A program made the translations under genes and the position numbers. The notes beneath the pieces were generated by a model. It did no database searches and was not told the DNA's origin. It saw only the letters and a program-made list of their open reading frames with translations. Source: Paraglomus brasilianum (taxonomy: Eukaryota). From it: a DNA stretch of 35,330 nt. The stretch lies in assembly GCA_910592345.1 (NCBI GenBank), contig CAJVPI010000324.1, positions 1-35,330 of the forward strand, written 5' to 3'. Below are positions 1 through 12,750 of the stretch, in pieces; within the stretch, counting starts at the first letter, position 1, and each line of letters opens with the position of its first letter.

Positions 1-70
1 TACTTATGCGTCATGTTTATTGAATAGTTTAAATAATTATTGACTTATTATCATGTATCATTTCCACTAG

Positions 71-1791
71 TTATGTGGTGAGCATCCAGATATTCTTGCC
101 ACGGATGTTTGGGTTACTATCGGATTCACATATGATAAATGGGGAAGAGAGTATTGTCTCATGAAAGTTGATGATGGACTATGTCTGGCATGCACATTTT
201 GGTTAGAACCTAAGATAAATATATTCTGTTATTGGTGTAAAGCACCAAGAGCTGTCGATTGGACTACTGGCAACAAATCTCTGGATTCATTTATTATGGA
301 ATCATGGAAGAATACGAGTAGCAAAGATGATGCTTATATGCAATGGATAGAGTATTCCCTATTTACAGACGTACGAGAAATGACATCATTACACCATGGA
401 TGCACACATATAGCAGAATGTTTGGAACTGACAACAAATGAATTGACATGTGTGACACTCAAAAAGATAGTTGACGAAGGGGATGATCAATTTTATCAGG
501 TAAATTATTTCACGTGTAAAATGCAAATAATATTGTTAACGTGTGTATCAAGCAGATTATTGTATTCTGTTTACTCAAATAGCTGACTAAGGAATACCCT
601 GAGATATTAACACCCGACAATATTTGGATAATTGGGATCACTCGGGAACCATCTACTCGGGAATATCATTTAGTTTTCTACTATGACATACATGCACTAT
701 TGGGCAGGTTTATACGAAATAATGAACGTGCTAAGTACATGCACTATAGCGACTTTTACGAACTCAAAGAGATCGGATCTGGTGGTTATGGAACAATCTA
801 TACTGCCAAATATAGAAACTATTTAGAAGAGAATATGCCAAAAACTGTTGTACTCAAACAGTTTAAGAGTTTCGATGAAACGCCGGAATTATTTATTTCC
901 GAGGTAAGCAATTATTGGTAGTATTAATTAAAGTGATATTTAATCTGACTCTGTACTATTTTTATTTGATAGTTCAGAAATCATGCCAAGTGCACAGATG
1001 GTTTTTTAAATTCATTCCTTAGAATTTATGGAGTGACACAAAACCCAGAAACAAAAGAGTACACGATTGTTATGCAATATGTCAACAATGGTAGTCTTTT
1101 GTCTTATTTGGATCAAAATATTAACAGATTGACGTGGAAGATGAAATTAGAGCAGTTGTACTATATTGCATGGTATCTGAGAAATATTCATAGTGCAGGA
1201 TTAGTGCATTGTGATCTTCATGGCGGAAACATAGTTTTGCATGATAATTCATATGAGATATTACCATTCATATGCGATCTTGGTCTCTCACAATCAGTGA
1301 ATTCACGCAAGTCAAATTCAACCATTCGAGGCGTTTTACCCTTTATTGCACCGGAAGTCTTCCATACCCGCAAATTTACGAAGAAATCTGATGTGTATTC
1401 TTTTGGTATTGTTATGCATTTGATGGCCACTGGTGAACCACCTTTTAGAGATAGGCAGTTTGATACAAGCTTAATACGCGAGATTGTGGATGGACTACGA
1501 CCACCGATGCCTGATTCCGCACCAGAGGAATACAAGAAACTTGCCGAGCGGTGTTGTGATGCTGATCCCGATAAGCGTCCAGATACAAATGGACTTGTCG
1601 ATTATATTTACACGCTTACTCGTGAGGTGAAAACCGACAATTCTGATGACAACGATATATGGAATGCCGTTTATCATAATGATGTAAAACCCCTGTCACG
1701 TCTCGAGAGAGAGTAAATATTCTAATATGGTCTTACCTACAGGAAATTTGCCTAAACCCGAGAAATAGCTATGATTTGGATTCAGTTGCAG
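71..1791 (+). CDS. Tyrosine-kinase-like (TKL) Ser/Thr protein kinase of the family expanded in Glomeromycotina; 5'-partial, C-terminal tail frameshifted
   Basis: GT-AG exons 71-499, 583-903 and 973-1716 join in frame. Motifs: WTTGNKSLDSFI pre-kinase segment, GSGGYGTIY P-loop, VVLK, HCDLHGGNI, CDLGLS, GVLPFIAPE, SDVYSFGIVM, CCDADPDKRP. After the TAA at 1714-1716 a tail (KYSNMVLPTGNLPKP/RNSYDLDSVA) continues in shifted frames up to a GT donor at 1792. Confidence 0.88.
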
Positions 1792-1994
1792 GTATGATGG
1801 CTGTAATTAGCGCGTTGATAAAAGTTACAATTTATCTCATTAATTTAGTGGCGAAAGATTTTGAATAAACCTGTAATCTACGGTTTATTTGTAACCTGTA
1901 TGGGTTTATTTCAAAGATTTGTCCCTCTTCCAGTTAAATACGATATTTATACTTTTGTCCGCATTTAGACAATAGAAGTTCTACTTTAAAACAT

Positions 1995-3130
1995 ATAACA
2001 CATAGGCCAACGACCCATTAAAAACGCCCGACAACTGCACGTCCATCTTTCTGTATCGGTAACATGAAAATTAGATGTTTGTCTTTCACGTCTCATTAGA
2101 TTTTTTAAAATCTTTTCTCCAAGAGACTGTTTCTCGGCTGATGCTATTTGGGAATATCGTCTCTGGTAATGCGATTAATAAGAACAAATTTTGGGTAAAT
2201 AATAATCTCTTTTTATCACTTTCCAATGAGCTTCAACCAACATCATTGTTCTGTATAAGCCTATTTTTTCTGGATTTCCTGCTCTAGCCCATAATATCCA
2301 AGTGCTTTTTGATACCAATTTGTCCATTTTAAGGTCCTTCTTATGACAAAATTTGTAACCGATAAAAGCCAGATATCGTCGGCTGATAAGAACTGATTTT
2401 GATCATTTGGTATTAACGGATAAAGGTGAAAATGGTAGACAATCAATCATCTCTAAGATTTCTTCACGAAACTCTTTTGGACAAAATCGCTGGTGACTAT
2501 TAGTCCTTGAACGAATACCCGTATGTTCATCTCTAAGAAACGGATGAAAATTTGCATCGATAAAGTTGGTCTCCGCTTGGGCAAATTCAGCATTGTAATA
2601 ATTTATTTGGGAATCGAACTGTCTGCCAGTCTTTTTTTAACTGCCCTTTTTTAAATGCCAAAGACAGAGCTGGACTTTTGTTGAGGGCCAAAACATTATG
2701 TGCTGCATGAATCTGTACCCAATCTTTACCCGTGAGAAAGAATGGACTTTTTAATTCCTTACGCCGTAATGTATTAAAAAATTCAGTAAGGATTGCTGTT
2801 CGAACGCCGTCTTCTTTTTTAGAAATAAATATGCAACCGGATATCCGACTCCGTTGTTTTGACGAAACCTAATTATCTAAAAAAATTATTATTAGTAAAT
2901 TTAAATTACTCATACCAGTTATTCTTCTACTTACAGGTCGCATCCACAATTATTTCGCTATTAGCTGGTCAAAAATCCTATGTACTTGCACCCGACTCAA
3001 AATTGTACATTAATGAACTTCTTCTAAAAGTATCTAGCTGGTCGTTATCTTTTCTATACGAGCGCTGCATTTGCATCCACCAATAGTGCACCTGTTTACA
3101 GCAACTTTTTCGGGCGTGCGTGAAAAATAT
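1995..3130 (-). mobile_element. Degenerate Mutator-like (MULE) transposase with SWIM zinc finger
   Basis: Minus-strand fragments in order: QVHYWWMQ, SEIIVDAT (followed by a GTAAGT donor), GVGYPVAYLFL, FFLTGKDWVQIHAA, KVQLCLWHLKK (CxxH), TWILWARAG...RTMMLVEAHWKVIKRDY, HVTDTERWTCSCRAFL (SWIM). Many stops and frameshifts. Confidence 0.8.
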
Positions 3131-3291
3131 TGTGTGTAAGAGATCACAAAGTATTATCATTGCCAAAATTGTATTGCGCAAATTAAAAATTAAGGTTGTA
3201 CAACTTGTGAAACATTAGACTCATCAAAACTGGTGATAATATTAGCTTTCGCCTTACCACCAACTCTTATACTTAATTGACCTTTCTAACA

Positions 3292-4543
3292 ATGGGAGGA
3301 TCGATAACGGAATTGAAAGTTCGCAGAGATGATTTTGGAGAGACGCAGACAAGGAAAATCAGCGTGTCGGCACATACCAGATGGGGAGAATTAGAAGAAA
3401 AGGTATATTTGCAGGAAGTAATTGATTAGATACCATATAGTTATGCAATATAACGTGTACTTTAACTATTTGCTTTATCAATACGCAGCTTCGTAAACTA
3501 TTCGATATAGGTGAAACAGACAAGATGGTTTTGAGTTATATCGACGAGGAGGAAGAAAGAATCACGGTCTCGTCGGATGAGGAAGTTGCTGACGCATTAA
3601 AAAATAAATCTCAATTGTGCTTCAACTTGACAACCAAGAAAGAGAACAAAGGGTATAATTATTCAAAGGTAAATTAATAGTCAACGATTATGATTTTCAC
3701 TTGCGGCTTTTCCTGGCTGATTTGTCAAATATCATGTGGAATTAATAGATTCATACTGAAGATGATGCAGCTAACATGGCTGCCACAATACTGCAGACAT
3801 GGTTCAGCGAAAAACTGCCAGAAATTATCGATCAAGTTACTAGGGAAGTCATTTCAAGTAAGTGATAATCATATCGTGTGTGGTATATTTGAATTCGCAT
3901 TTTGTTATAACAAAAATCCGTCCCCTGTCCCATAACATACAGAAATCTCTAAACCCGATCAGCCTGCTTCTTCAGCTTCTTCATTTTCACACGTCCTTGT
4001 CTATCCAAACACTTTAAATGTATCAAAACTGGCAACAATGGGACGGAAACCACAAAGTGGTGACATGCTTGAATACAGAATACCATCTTCCTATCTTACG
4101 TTCAACCAAGCTTCGATCAAACAAATCTGGGGTGTCGGTATATACACTTACGACTCTGACATTGTTAAAGGTACTAGCGAGAGAGGATGAAATAGCTAAC
4201 TGTTATGCATGTGTTAATCACGACTTGCTTATATACCAATATGCCGCCCATTCTTTCTCTAGCCCTTGCTCACTCGGGAATTTACAGACTCAAACAAAAC
4301 CCACCTGACAACGATCTGTCAGTGAAAATAAGATATTCGCCCGGGCTTAATTTGTACTGTGGAGCAATCTGTAATTCGTTCAAAAGTGATGAACATAAGC
4401 AGTGCAGTTTGAGCTATGTCATTGAAAGTGTCTCGACCATTCCTGTAAGTATAGAGTTATGAGTAAATTAAAAAATAGCGATTTGAGTCTAACTAACAAC
4501 AAAATTGTCATAATTGCAGAAAGGAAGCGCTAACGCGGTGTAA
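3292..4543 (+). CDS. PB1-domain protein fused to a C-terminal Rxt3/LCCL-like domain (~277 aa, 6 exons)
   Basis: Exons 3292-3402, 3489-3668, 3749-3857, 3943-4170, 4263-4444 and 4520-4543, all GT-AG and phase-compatible (834 nt). PB1 OPCA motif LSYIDEEEERITVSSDEEVADAL with an N-terminal LKV. C-terminal KQIWGVGIYTYDSDIVKALAHSG...DLSVKIRYSPGLNLY...SYVIESV resembles the Rxt3 motif WGTDIYTDDSD. Confidence 0.8.
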
Positions 4544-5133
4544 CGACATACTATTTATGGGCTTGGAATTTACAATGTCATAGATATTAATAAAAATGCA
4601 AACTCGTCATGCAGCTGTAACACTTATTTCGTATTGCTGCGATTACGCGTAAAGTGCCTTTGGAGCATGCTAACCCCAAGTCTTTTCCCACCTAATACTA
4701 ACGCAGGCTAAACAACCAGCAGCCACTCAAATATTTTTCGGCGCAGTCGAATACTCTGTTGTATTATCAAAGGCAACACATAACTCGAGCAATGTGTAAT
4801 TTGATCGCATCGATGCGAGGCTGTCACATGATCATGCCGTGCTAGTCATGTTGCATATTCAGCCAAAATTGAATCAAAGTTACTAACAAATAACAGATAA
4901 ACCACGTTTTTTAAAGCATCATCACGAGCTAATGTCAATGCATTGGCAATGACATGTGGTTGGAATAATTTCACCGTATGCACGATATAAATGGGCGTTT
5001 TCTATTTTCACCCCGTCAAGTATTTAGTAAGCATAAGAAGGGGGTGAGGCAACTTTAGGGAGGTGGAAAAAAAACTAGTGAAAGTAACACATTGGACGCA
5101 TAGTCACAACGCCACAAATTATTTCAGGGGTTC

Positions 5134-5234
5134 AAATTTAATCACATATGGTAAATTTAATCACATATGGTAAATTTAATCACATATGGTAATTTAATCA
5201 CATATGGTAAATATGGTAAATTTAATCACATATG
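5134..5234. repeat. Minisatellite, 19-bp unit AAATTTAATCACATATGGT, about 5 copies
   Basis: Directly visible tandem copies, one with a 1-bp deletion and one interrupted by a partial unit. Confidence 0.95.
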
Positions 5235-6814
5235 ATGTAATTAATTTATCCTGCATTCCTTATTTTAATATCTTCTTATTATATTCCTTAACAAGCATAT
5301 TGCTCTTCTAGAAGGAGTCTATGAAAATATCGTCACCTATCATGGTTACTTGTTTAGTTGTCTGTTCAACAGATGAGTGTGTTCACAGGATGTTTATTGT
5401 TTAGTGTGCTGGAGTGCTCAAGTTGTTGCCTTTCCAGTTTGTCGCTAGCATTATGACAATTCGAAGCAATTCGGTTAGTGAGTGCGTCATCAAGAAACTA
5501 GGTACGTCTCCTATAGTATACTCTCAACCAAGCGTTACAATCCAGCCGAAGAGTTGAGAAATAAGATTCTAATACACTCGAAAATCGAAACGCGTAGACC
5601 GAGGACTGTTTTATGAGCAGTTGGCGCAATCAATAGTACAAGATAGTGGGCTGTAATACTCATCACATAGTATGGAAAGCACGTTTGATGTGTCATTTAA
5701 AGTTTGCAAATGATATAGAAGAATCACCAAATGAAAGCGATCAAAGCTTTGGGTACATTGAGAGAAAAGAGCACGTTTAAAATCGTCATAATGGCCAATA
5801 TATTTTTCTTATAGTGGCGTTACTCTTACGACACTTTGTTGCAAGTGGAGCAGTTGCATTGACGATCTTATTGGCTTGCATTTGCTTTTTCTGCATTGCT
5901 TGTACATGCGTATCACAGCATAACCCGTTCCGTCGTGTAACCATGCATATCATAATATGCTCTCTTGTTATTATTATCGAAATATGTATTGGAATCGCTG
6001 AAAGGTGCGTTATACGAAAGACACACATATGAACGATTGGTAGATTAACAAAGAAGAATCTCTCTTGATAAGCCTATTATGCAAGGGATGCAAAGCGACG
6101 AATGATAAGAGACAAGGATTTTGTGTTAACAACAACAACAGGAATTGGGGTGAGACGGGCAGTGATATGGTAATGATTCTCGATCAATTTGTTAAATACA
6201 AATAAAATACTTGATAACATTGAATTTTGGGGTTAGATTATTAAGCCACATGTTATAGTAATAGTGTTGGTTTAAAAAATCGGTCATTATGGTAACTATT
6301 TACCGTTACTGCTTCCACATCGTCCAAGAAAAGAACCCCCTTTTATAGTTTGGGCTGACAAAGTTGCCAAGCTTCAAGAACAGAATTATAACCAACTATC
6401 GCAATACAATTACCAATTCATTTAAAGGAAAAAATGAAATTGTAACAATTAATTCCATACGGAGAAAGCAGATTAAGATGTCGGTATAGAACGAAAGCAG
6501 ATTAAGTGTTCACATTAATATTAATATTAACATCTGTCATAATCACGTTGGTTTGTAACCCCTGAAACTCGTCACTATATAAAAGTGACACCATATCACC
6601 AAAAACCAGATTTTACCTTGGATCATCAACGATATCTAACTCACTGACTTTGCGTTCTCGGTTGCGATAATTACTATTCTTTCTTTACCTTTCGGCTGTC
6701 TTGTTACTGTTGATATAATATATACTTAAACAAGCATAAATATCTCGGCATTGGAAGTAGAGAATACACCGCAGGACTATCTATTAATACACGCATTACT
6801 TGGATATAGCAAAT

Positions 6815-7952
6815 ATGTCGACCCAACTTGTACTGACGATAATCCGACATGGAGAGACAAATCATAATGTGAATCATATAGTTCAAGGTCAAACCGGTAT
6901 GTCTTGCTAAGCATAAACGTATATATACAGGAACCACATGGATACTGTAACTTGTGGGCGTACTCAGCAGGCTCTGCACGCAACATATCTATCTATTAAC
7001 ACTATCGCTACCTGCGTTTCTCTTCATTTTCGATTCCTAACCATGTTTTCAAACACCTATGGCAGATACAAAATTAAACAAAGTCGGAATGGAACAGGCA
7101 GAATTAGTCGGCCGCCGGTTACGAAAAGTGAACTTCCTTCATATTTATACCAGTGACTTGAGTCGAGCAAAGAAGGTTAGTTAACAGAGACTGTGTTGTA
7201 TTTGCTGGCATGTCGAAAATGATACCGATGGGATAATATTCGTAATCGGAATGCTCACTAATATTTATACTACTGTTGACGTTGTTGCAGACGGCTGAAG
7301 CTATTGCTCAGTATCATAAAGATGTTCCTCTTACAGTTGATACGAGGCTCGGAGAGAAGGTGAGAGGGATTTTAAAGTTTGTGGCGAGGCATGCGAGTGC
7401 ATCGACACATTGATAGATATTACTTGAAAGCCAATTCATCCAGCTAACCGTCAATTACAACTTAAGGATTTCGGCCGTTTAAGCAATTTATCCATCCACG
7501 CCGCACTCAATCTAATCAAAACCGAAGACGGTTTATGGGAGGATTATGGAGAATCAAAAGAAACATTCTCGTTACGCGTAATTTCTTTCTTTCAAGAAAT
7601 AATCGGCAAGCACCTTCCGCCGACTAACGCAATCGAAACTCCCAAAAAGACTACCCATATCTGTGTCGTTACACACGGTGGAGTGATCAATCGGTTTGTC
7701 AAGGAATACTTGATTATGGAATTGGGCTTTTTCGTCAAGGATTACAAGAGCATACAACATAAACCCAAGAATTCGAGCATAACGAAAGTGACATTGACGA
7801 GGATAGAAGAAGGGGAAGACGAAGCGAAAGTGGGACATGGTGAAGAATTGAAAATTGAGGGAGAAGTGCAACTATGGAGTGATGTTTCCCATTTGTCTAA
7901 ATTTAATAAGAAAACGCGTGGCGATACTGCTATTGATGATTATGTGCATTAG
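6815..7952 (+). CDS. Histidine phosphatase superfamily protein (phosphoglycerate mutase / TIGAR-like), 4 exons
   Basis: Exons 6815-6896, 7066-7175, 7291-7359 and 7467-7952 splice in frame. Motifs: IIRHGETNHN..IVQGQTDTKLN..GMEQA, IYTSDLSRAKKTA, RLGEKDFG, GES, VVTHGGVI, KNSSITKV. Confidence 0.92.
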
Positions 7953-8261
7953 AGAGAGAAAAGAGATAATGGATGAATATCATAGGATGGTGCGAAAGCG
8001 AGAATGAATGTACGTGTAAATGTGGAATCGGGACAAAATTTGTAAGGTTATGGGTTAGAATCAGGTCTAGATCAATCCGTGCTTCTATTTAGATTATTCA
8101 TGATTTATTTTATAATTAGAAATAGCTAGTGCACAACTTGCTGCAATGACTCAGTGTTGATCGCTGAGAAATATCAATATCATTATTTCATAGAAATTAA
8201 AAGGGCATTTAGAAAGTACTTAAACAACACCAGCAGATAAATAAAAAATACTGGTAATAGA

Positions 8262-9315
8262 ACCTGCGTTCCTGTGTAGGTCGACTGTTGAGGATAACCG
8301 GTTAATCTGGTTTACTGAGGATAGTTGGACATTCACCAACACGATTATAAATCGACTTTGGGAGACTTACATGATTTATATACAACATAAAGTCGCATCT
8401 CAAAAAAGCACTATTACTCTTGTAATAAAAGAGTTAATAACTCTTCCATCGTAAAGAGTGTGTGTCACGATAAATCTGAGAACGAGATTTGAAAAACTCA
8501 TCTCGTCGTAACGTTTATGATACCTAACATCTAAAAGCAAAACTTATAATGGTTGTAAAGAACATAGCTAGTCGTTTTCTCTCAAATTATTCCAGTTGTT
8601 TCAGTCCCTGAGTTGTCGATGTCACGAATAGATAATGAATCTATATTTATTTTACTGAAAACTAAAATCGAATAATGGACGTTTTGGAACTCGAGATTAA
8701 TAATAATAATCAAATGCACATGCTATTCATGTAACAAATAAAAAAAGACGGGAATTCATTATCTTATTGTCGAGAAACCATTTTGTAAACGACTGGGAAA
8801 AAATGAAACGGGAGAAGTAACGAAAAGATGACTCTAATTTTGTTAGCAATAACCACACGTTTCTATTAAAGAATTAGCTAACGTAGTGTGCATTTCTCGT
8901 GAAAGAATTACAGTACCTACATTTTGCACGATGAGCTGAGCCTCCGCGTTTATGACGTCATGTTTTTCACCCTTGTGATTTTTCTTATTCCCTCGAACTG
9001 AATATGAAGTTTGATAAAGTCGAAAATCTGGCAAGGGCAGTTCAGGCTGTAGTCCCGAAAGAGGACTCTTTCCATAGTTGACGAAATCGGCTAGAACGCT
9101 GTATAGAGTTTAATGGAGAGCACGTCAAAAGCTATTCCACACCAAAACTTTTCAGCACGTAAACCAGGGTTGTTTAAACGAAGAAAGAGTGCTAAATTTA
9201 TTAGGTTTGCTAGATTCGAAATTTTATTTTTATAATCACAAGAATGAATTGGTTCTGATTTCACAGTAAAACTACTCGCATACATGAAAAGGTCTAGAAA
9301 GTTCCTATACGTCAT
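8262..9315 (-). pseudogene. Possible decayed multi-exon gene of unknown function
   Basis: Minus-strand splice-like signals (GTAAGT at ~8370, GTAGGT at ~8920, pyrimidine-rich CAG acceptors) flank short interrupted reading frames. No recognisable domain. Confidence 0.3.
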
Positions 9316-9363
9316 TGATTAAGCGTGTCGGTATATTAGATCACGTCGCGCAGCGCATCTTTC

Positions 9364-10018
9364 ATGAAAAAAAAAAAGGCGACTGTCGAAGAAGAGTTGA
9401 AGGAGGCGAAGGCTGCGTTGAAGAAGTGAATGACAGAGTTGAAGGAAAAGCTGCAATTAGGAAGGAATACAAAGACAAAGCAGAGAAAGAGGCGTAGAAG
9501 GCAGAACTTAAAGAAGAGGCTGGAGGAGAGAAGAGACAGATGTTTCAAGAGCTGTAGCGAGCCCTCGCAACTGCAACCGCTTAGCCAGGTAACGACTGTG
9601 ACCGGACGTTGGGGACAAAGTAGTGTGTACATGGGGTAGATAGAGTAGCATAGTAATATGTTTTCTTATGCTACGGAGAATGTTACTAACTAAAGTTGAT
9701 TTTTGACTTTCCCGCGTTCTATTCTAGTTCTATCAGGTATTATTCTATATACCACCACCTAAGCTTGAATACTCCAGTGATTTAAATTCTAGAGCAACGA
9801 CACAGGGAGACTTTCAGAATTGGTTTTGTGGAAGGAATTTTTCGATGAAGTGGCTTCATTTTCCTTTGAAGACAGGCATGGAATGCATTAACTGGAATAC
9901 ATAAACACGAAATACATAAACACGATGTTCTTCATAACGACGTCCGAAAAGAAAACATTATTCTTAGTAACGACAGGAATAGCGTATTCATTATTGACTT
10001 ATCGATAATGATAAGGTA
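9364..10018 (+). pseudogene. Internally deleted coiled-coil + atypical kinase (Crinkler-associated-type) pseudogene
   Basis: N-terminal charged coiled coil KATVEEELKEAKAALKK*MTELKEKL, a GT donor at 9589, then a catalytic-loop fragment EIHKHDVLHNDVRKENIILSNDRNSVFIIDL at ~9909-10002. Most of the kinase is missing. Confidence 0.65.
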
Positions 10019-12594
10019 AAACAACAAAAAAAGATGGATCAGATGCACTGTTTGTTAAATGTGATGGTGGGATAATAATAACGGTATTTAGGTTGCAATA
10101 ATATAATAATAGCAAACTAATTATCATGCATCTTTACTATTCATTGAGTTTCGATATTGCACAATGTTAATTCTAGCACATCGGTGAAATGAATAAACTG
10201 CAATGTCTCAACAATGCGATCCTACCTATAGTATATTTCTGTGTCGTGCCAACAACTGCGGGAAAGCAGTCAATTGTCAGCGCTAGGAATCGAACGGAGC
10301 GTGGCACGCCTCCTACTTGTAATTAGTGACCTTTAAACCAGGCTTTTCTACTCACGACTCTCAGTGCCAATGCGCAGACACTAATCGTCGATAATTAATT
10401 TGTCCTCGAGTATGCCTCGGTTCTTTACCGTTGGTAATCTATCGATATAGGTATTTATGACAATAACAAACACGTTTAAGTAAGAAACGATTAATTATCG
10501 TGATGCCACTCGAATAATTGCGGGTATCGAAATAAACTGCAATTTCAGCTTGCTTAACAGCAAGCTATTTTTAGAAAGGCACAAATTTCACGTTTAAGTG
10601 AGTTGCTGATAGCTGTTCAGTATAGAGACAAAGCTCGCCCTAATAACGAGGCGATGCAAATCTTTTATTGGCTTCGACGACTTGATATTTTATAAGCTAG
10701 TGGCTGATATCAGTTTTGTTTGTTTTCAAGTCTACAAGACTGGTGTCATCTTGAACAACCATAACGTGAAAGATTTTTAGGATGGGAAAATAAAACTGTT
10801 CGCGTTGTCGAACTTCCTTCATTATTATAAATTTGGCACACTTAACATTGTACGGGGCAATGCATTATAAATATTCCTCTGATATACATTTACCACATAA
10901 CTTCATGATTCCCTACTTAACCTTTTTTTTATCTCTTTAGTGTTCGTTATATTCTTATAATTTGTAACTAACATTTATCCTTCGTGTCTTTGATACATGC
11001 TTGAGTCTTTAGTTTCTACCTCCACCTATTGTTATGTGACGAAAATATGGCGAATTCCAGGGCACCCTCTACAAAGCTTGTAGAATTTGCGGTTGTCTGG
11101 TGTATGTGAGGAGCAAAGCATATTTTTCTTCTCGATACCTAAAATTACTCGGTCGATATCATATAGCGTCCGTGGGAAAAGGACGGTGGCGACAGCAGCA
11201 AACTAAGATATAGTTGCGATGTGATCCACCTTTTGAATTCAGTGCCCGATTCAACTTGGGCTTGTCTTTACTGGATAAAGTCTAAACACTGTCAGATTCG
11301 ATAATAGAACACATCATAATAAAATGCTCAAAAAAGAACACGTGAATTTTTTGCTAATGATAGTAACGTATCCATAGATAGGCATAAATAGCCCCATCTC
11401 CTCTTCCAACATTGGATTGAGGCGTGCTGTTTAGCCTTCTTTTTCCCTTATTTCGGTTTTATAATAAGCTTCGGGATTCCAAAACTTAGTTTCTAATAAG
11501 GAATTGTGCATGTTATATTTGTTTGCCAAAATAAGCAATGATGTGTGTGTGTAGAAAGTCCGCAGAACACGGTTTTTGACAGTTTATTAACTAACTTATT
11601 AATTTCATTAAATAATAATCCTTCATTTATGTCAGATCACGATAAGCAAGTCAAATGTATGCATGGTCATTTGAAAATTAGCTTGCATGGACGTGCATAA
11701 ACGTTATGCAACGGAGAAATGATTCGAAAAAGAAGAGCTATGAAATTGCGATGGTATATTTATCAAGACCCTTTCTCTATCTTACGTACGGACCGTTACT
11801 GATTGCGATGCTGTTAGTTTATCATCTCTCTCATCTCACAATTGGTAAAGCAAGCATCGACAGACTATTTATTATCTTACACACAAGGGGAAGAAAAAGG
11901 GCCGATTGTATTTTAGTACACGAGATCCGATTGTGCTTCTACCCGATAAAGCGTTTTTGGGAACGTTGGGGTCATTTGCAAAAAAGAGACGTTCAATTGT
12001 AAGCGCAAACAAATCGACCTGTCGATTGCAATCAAGTGGCCCTGCATATCCGCCCACAACTGGTAAGACTCGCTAACAAAAAGATATTGATATGGACATA
12101 AACAAACCGTATCAATGTTATGTATTTGAGAATTACTCAAAATTGTACATTTACAAATATTGTAACTGGCAGCTTGTAAACAGTCTTGCATTATAAAAAT
12201 ATTGTTGGTATGTTCTTTAAGTGATTCTGTGCATGCAAGATCTCTAGTATAATCAAGGCCAACCAGATGGAAACCATTTTATTTGGGATCTCAAATATGC
12301 AGGAAACCCCTTGGATTTTTTTTAAATATCGGATGTTTATCCAATCATTTATTTTCGTAAATGACTTGATACGATTATCGTTGAGATAACGGTTACTTTG
12401 AAATCATATCTAGAGCATGTTGAATGGCTACCGCAATAAACACTACGAAAGCGTTGAAACTGACCCCTTGCCAAGTGATTTATGAAGGTGTAAACAAATA
12501 AAGAACGCAAAATTCCAACTATTCGCAGTGTTTATCAGAAACCTTTGTTACAATATACTGCGCGTAAAGAGGACTATGAAAAAAATCTACAGCG

Positions 12595-12750
12595 CACAGT
12601 CAATTCAATCTGTCGAATTAACGTACATGTCGAATTAATGACAGACGTGCTTAAGGAAGAACAATCATATTAAAATCGGGTCTTGCTCAAGGCGATCGAG
12701 TTATCGAAAAAGTCGAGTTATGGGAGTCGAATTATCGGCAGTCGACTGTG
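12595..12750. mobile_element. Degenerate pogo/Tc1-type MITE
   Basis: Inverted ends CACAGTCAA / TCGACTGTG with repeated internal TCGA(A/G)TTA motifs, similar in design to the intact MITE at 20256. Confidence 0.45.

Noticed and set aside
1218..1677. Antisense ORFs within the kinase (likewise 7572-7871, 16068-16322, 34934-35167)
   Set aside because: Shadows of real coding sequence on the opposite strand.
11872..12360. Interrupted minus-strand frames that look protein-like
   Set aside because: No recognisable motif or consistent exon structure, so I cannot support a call.
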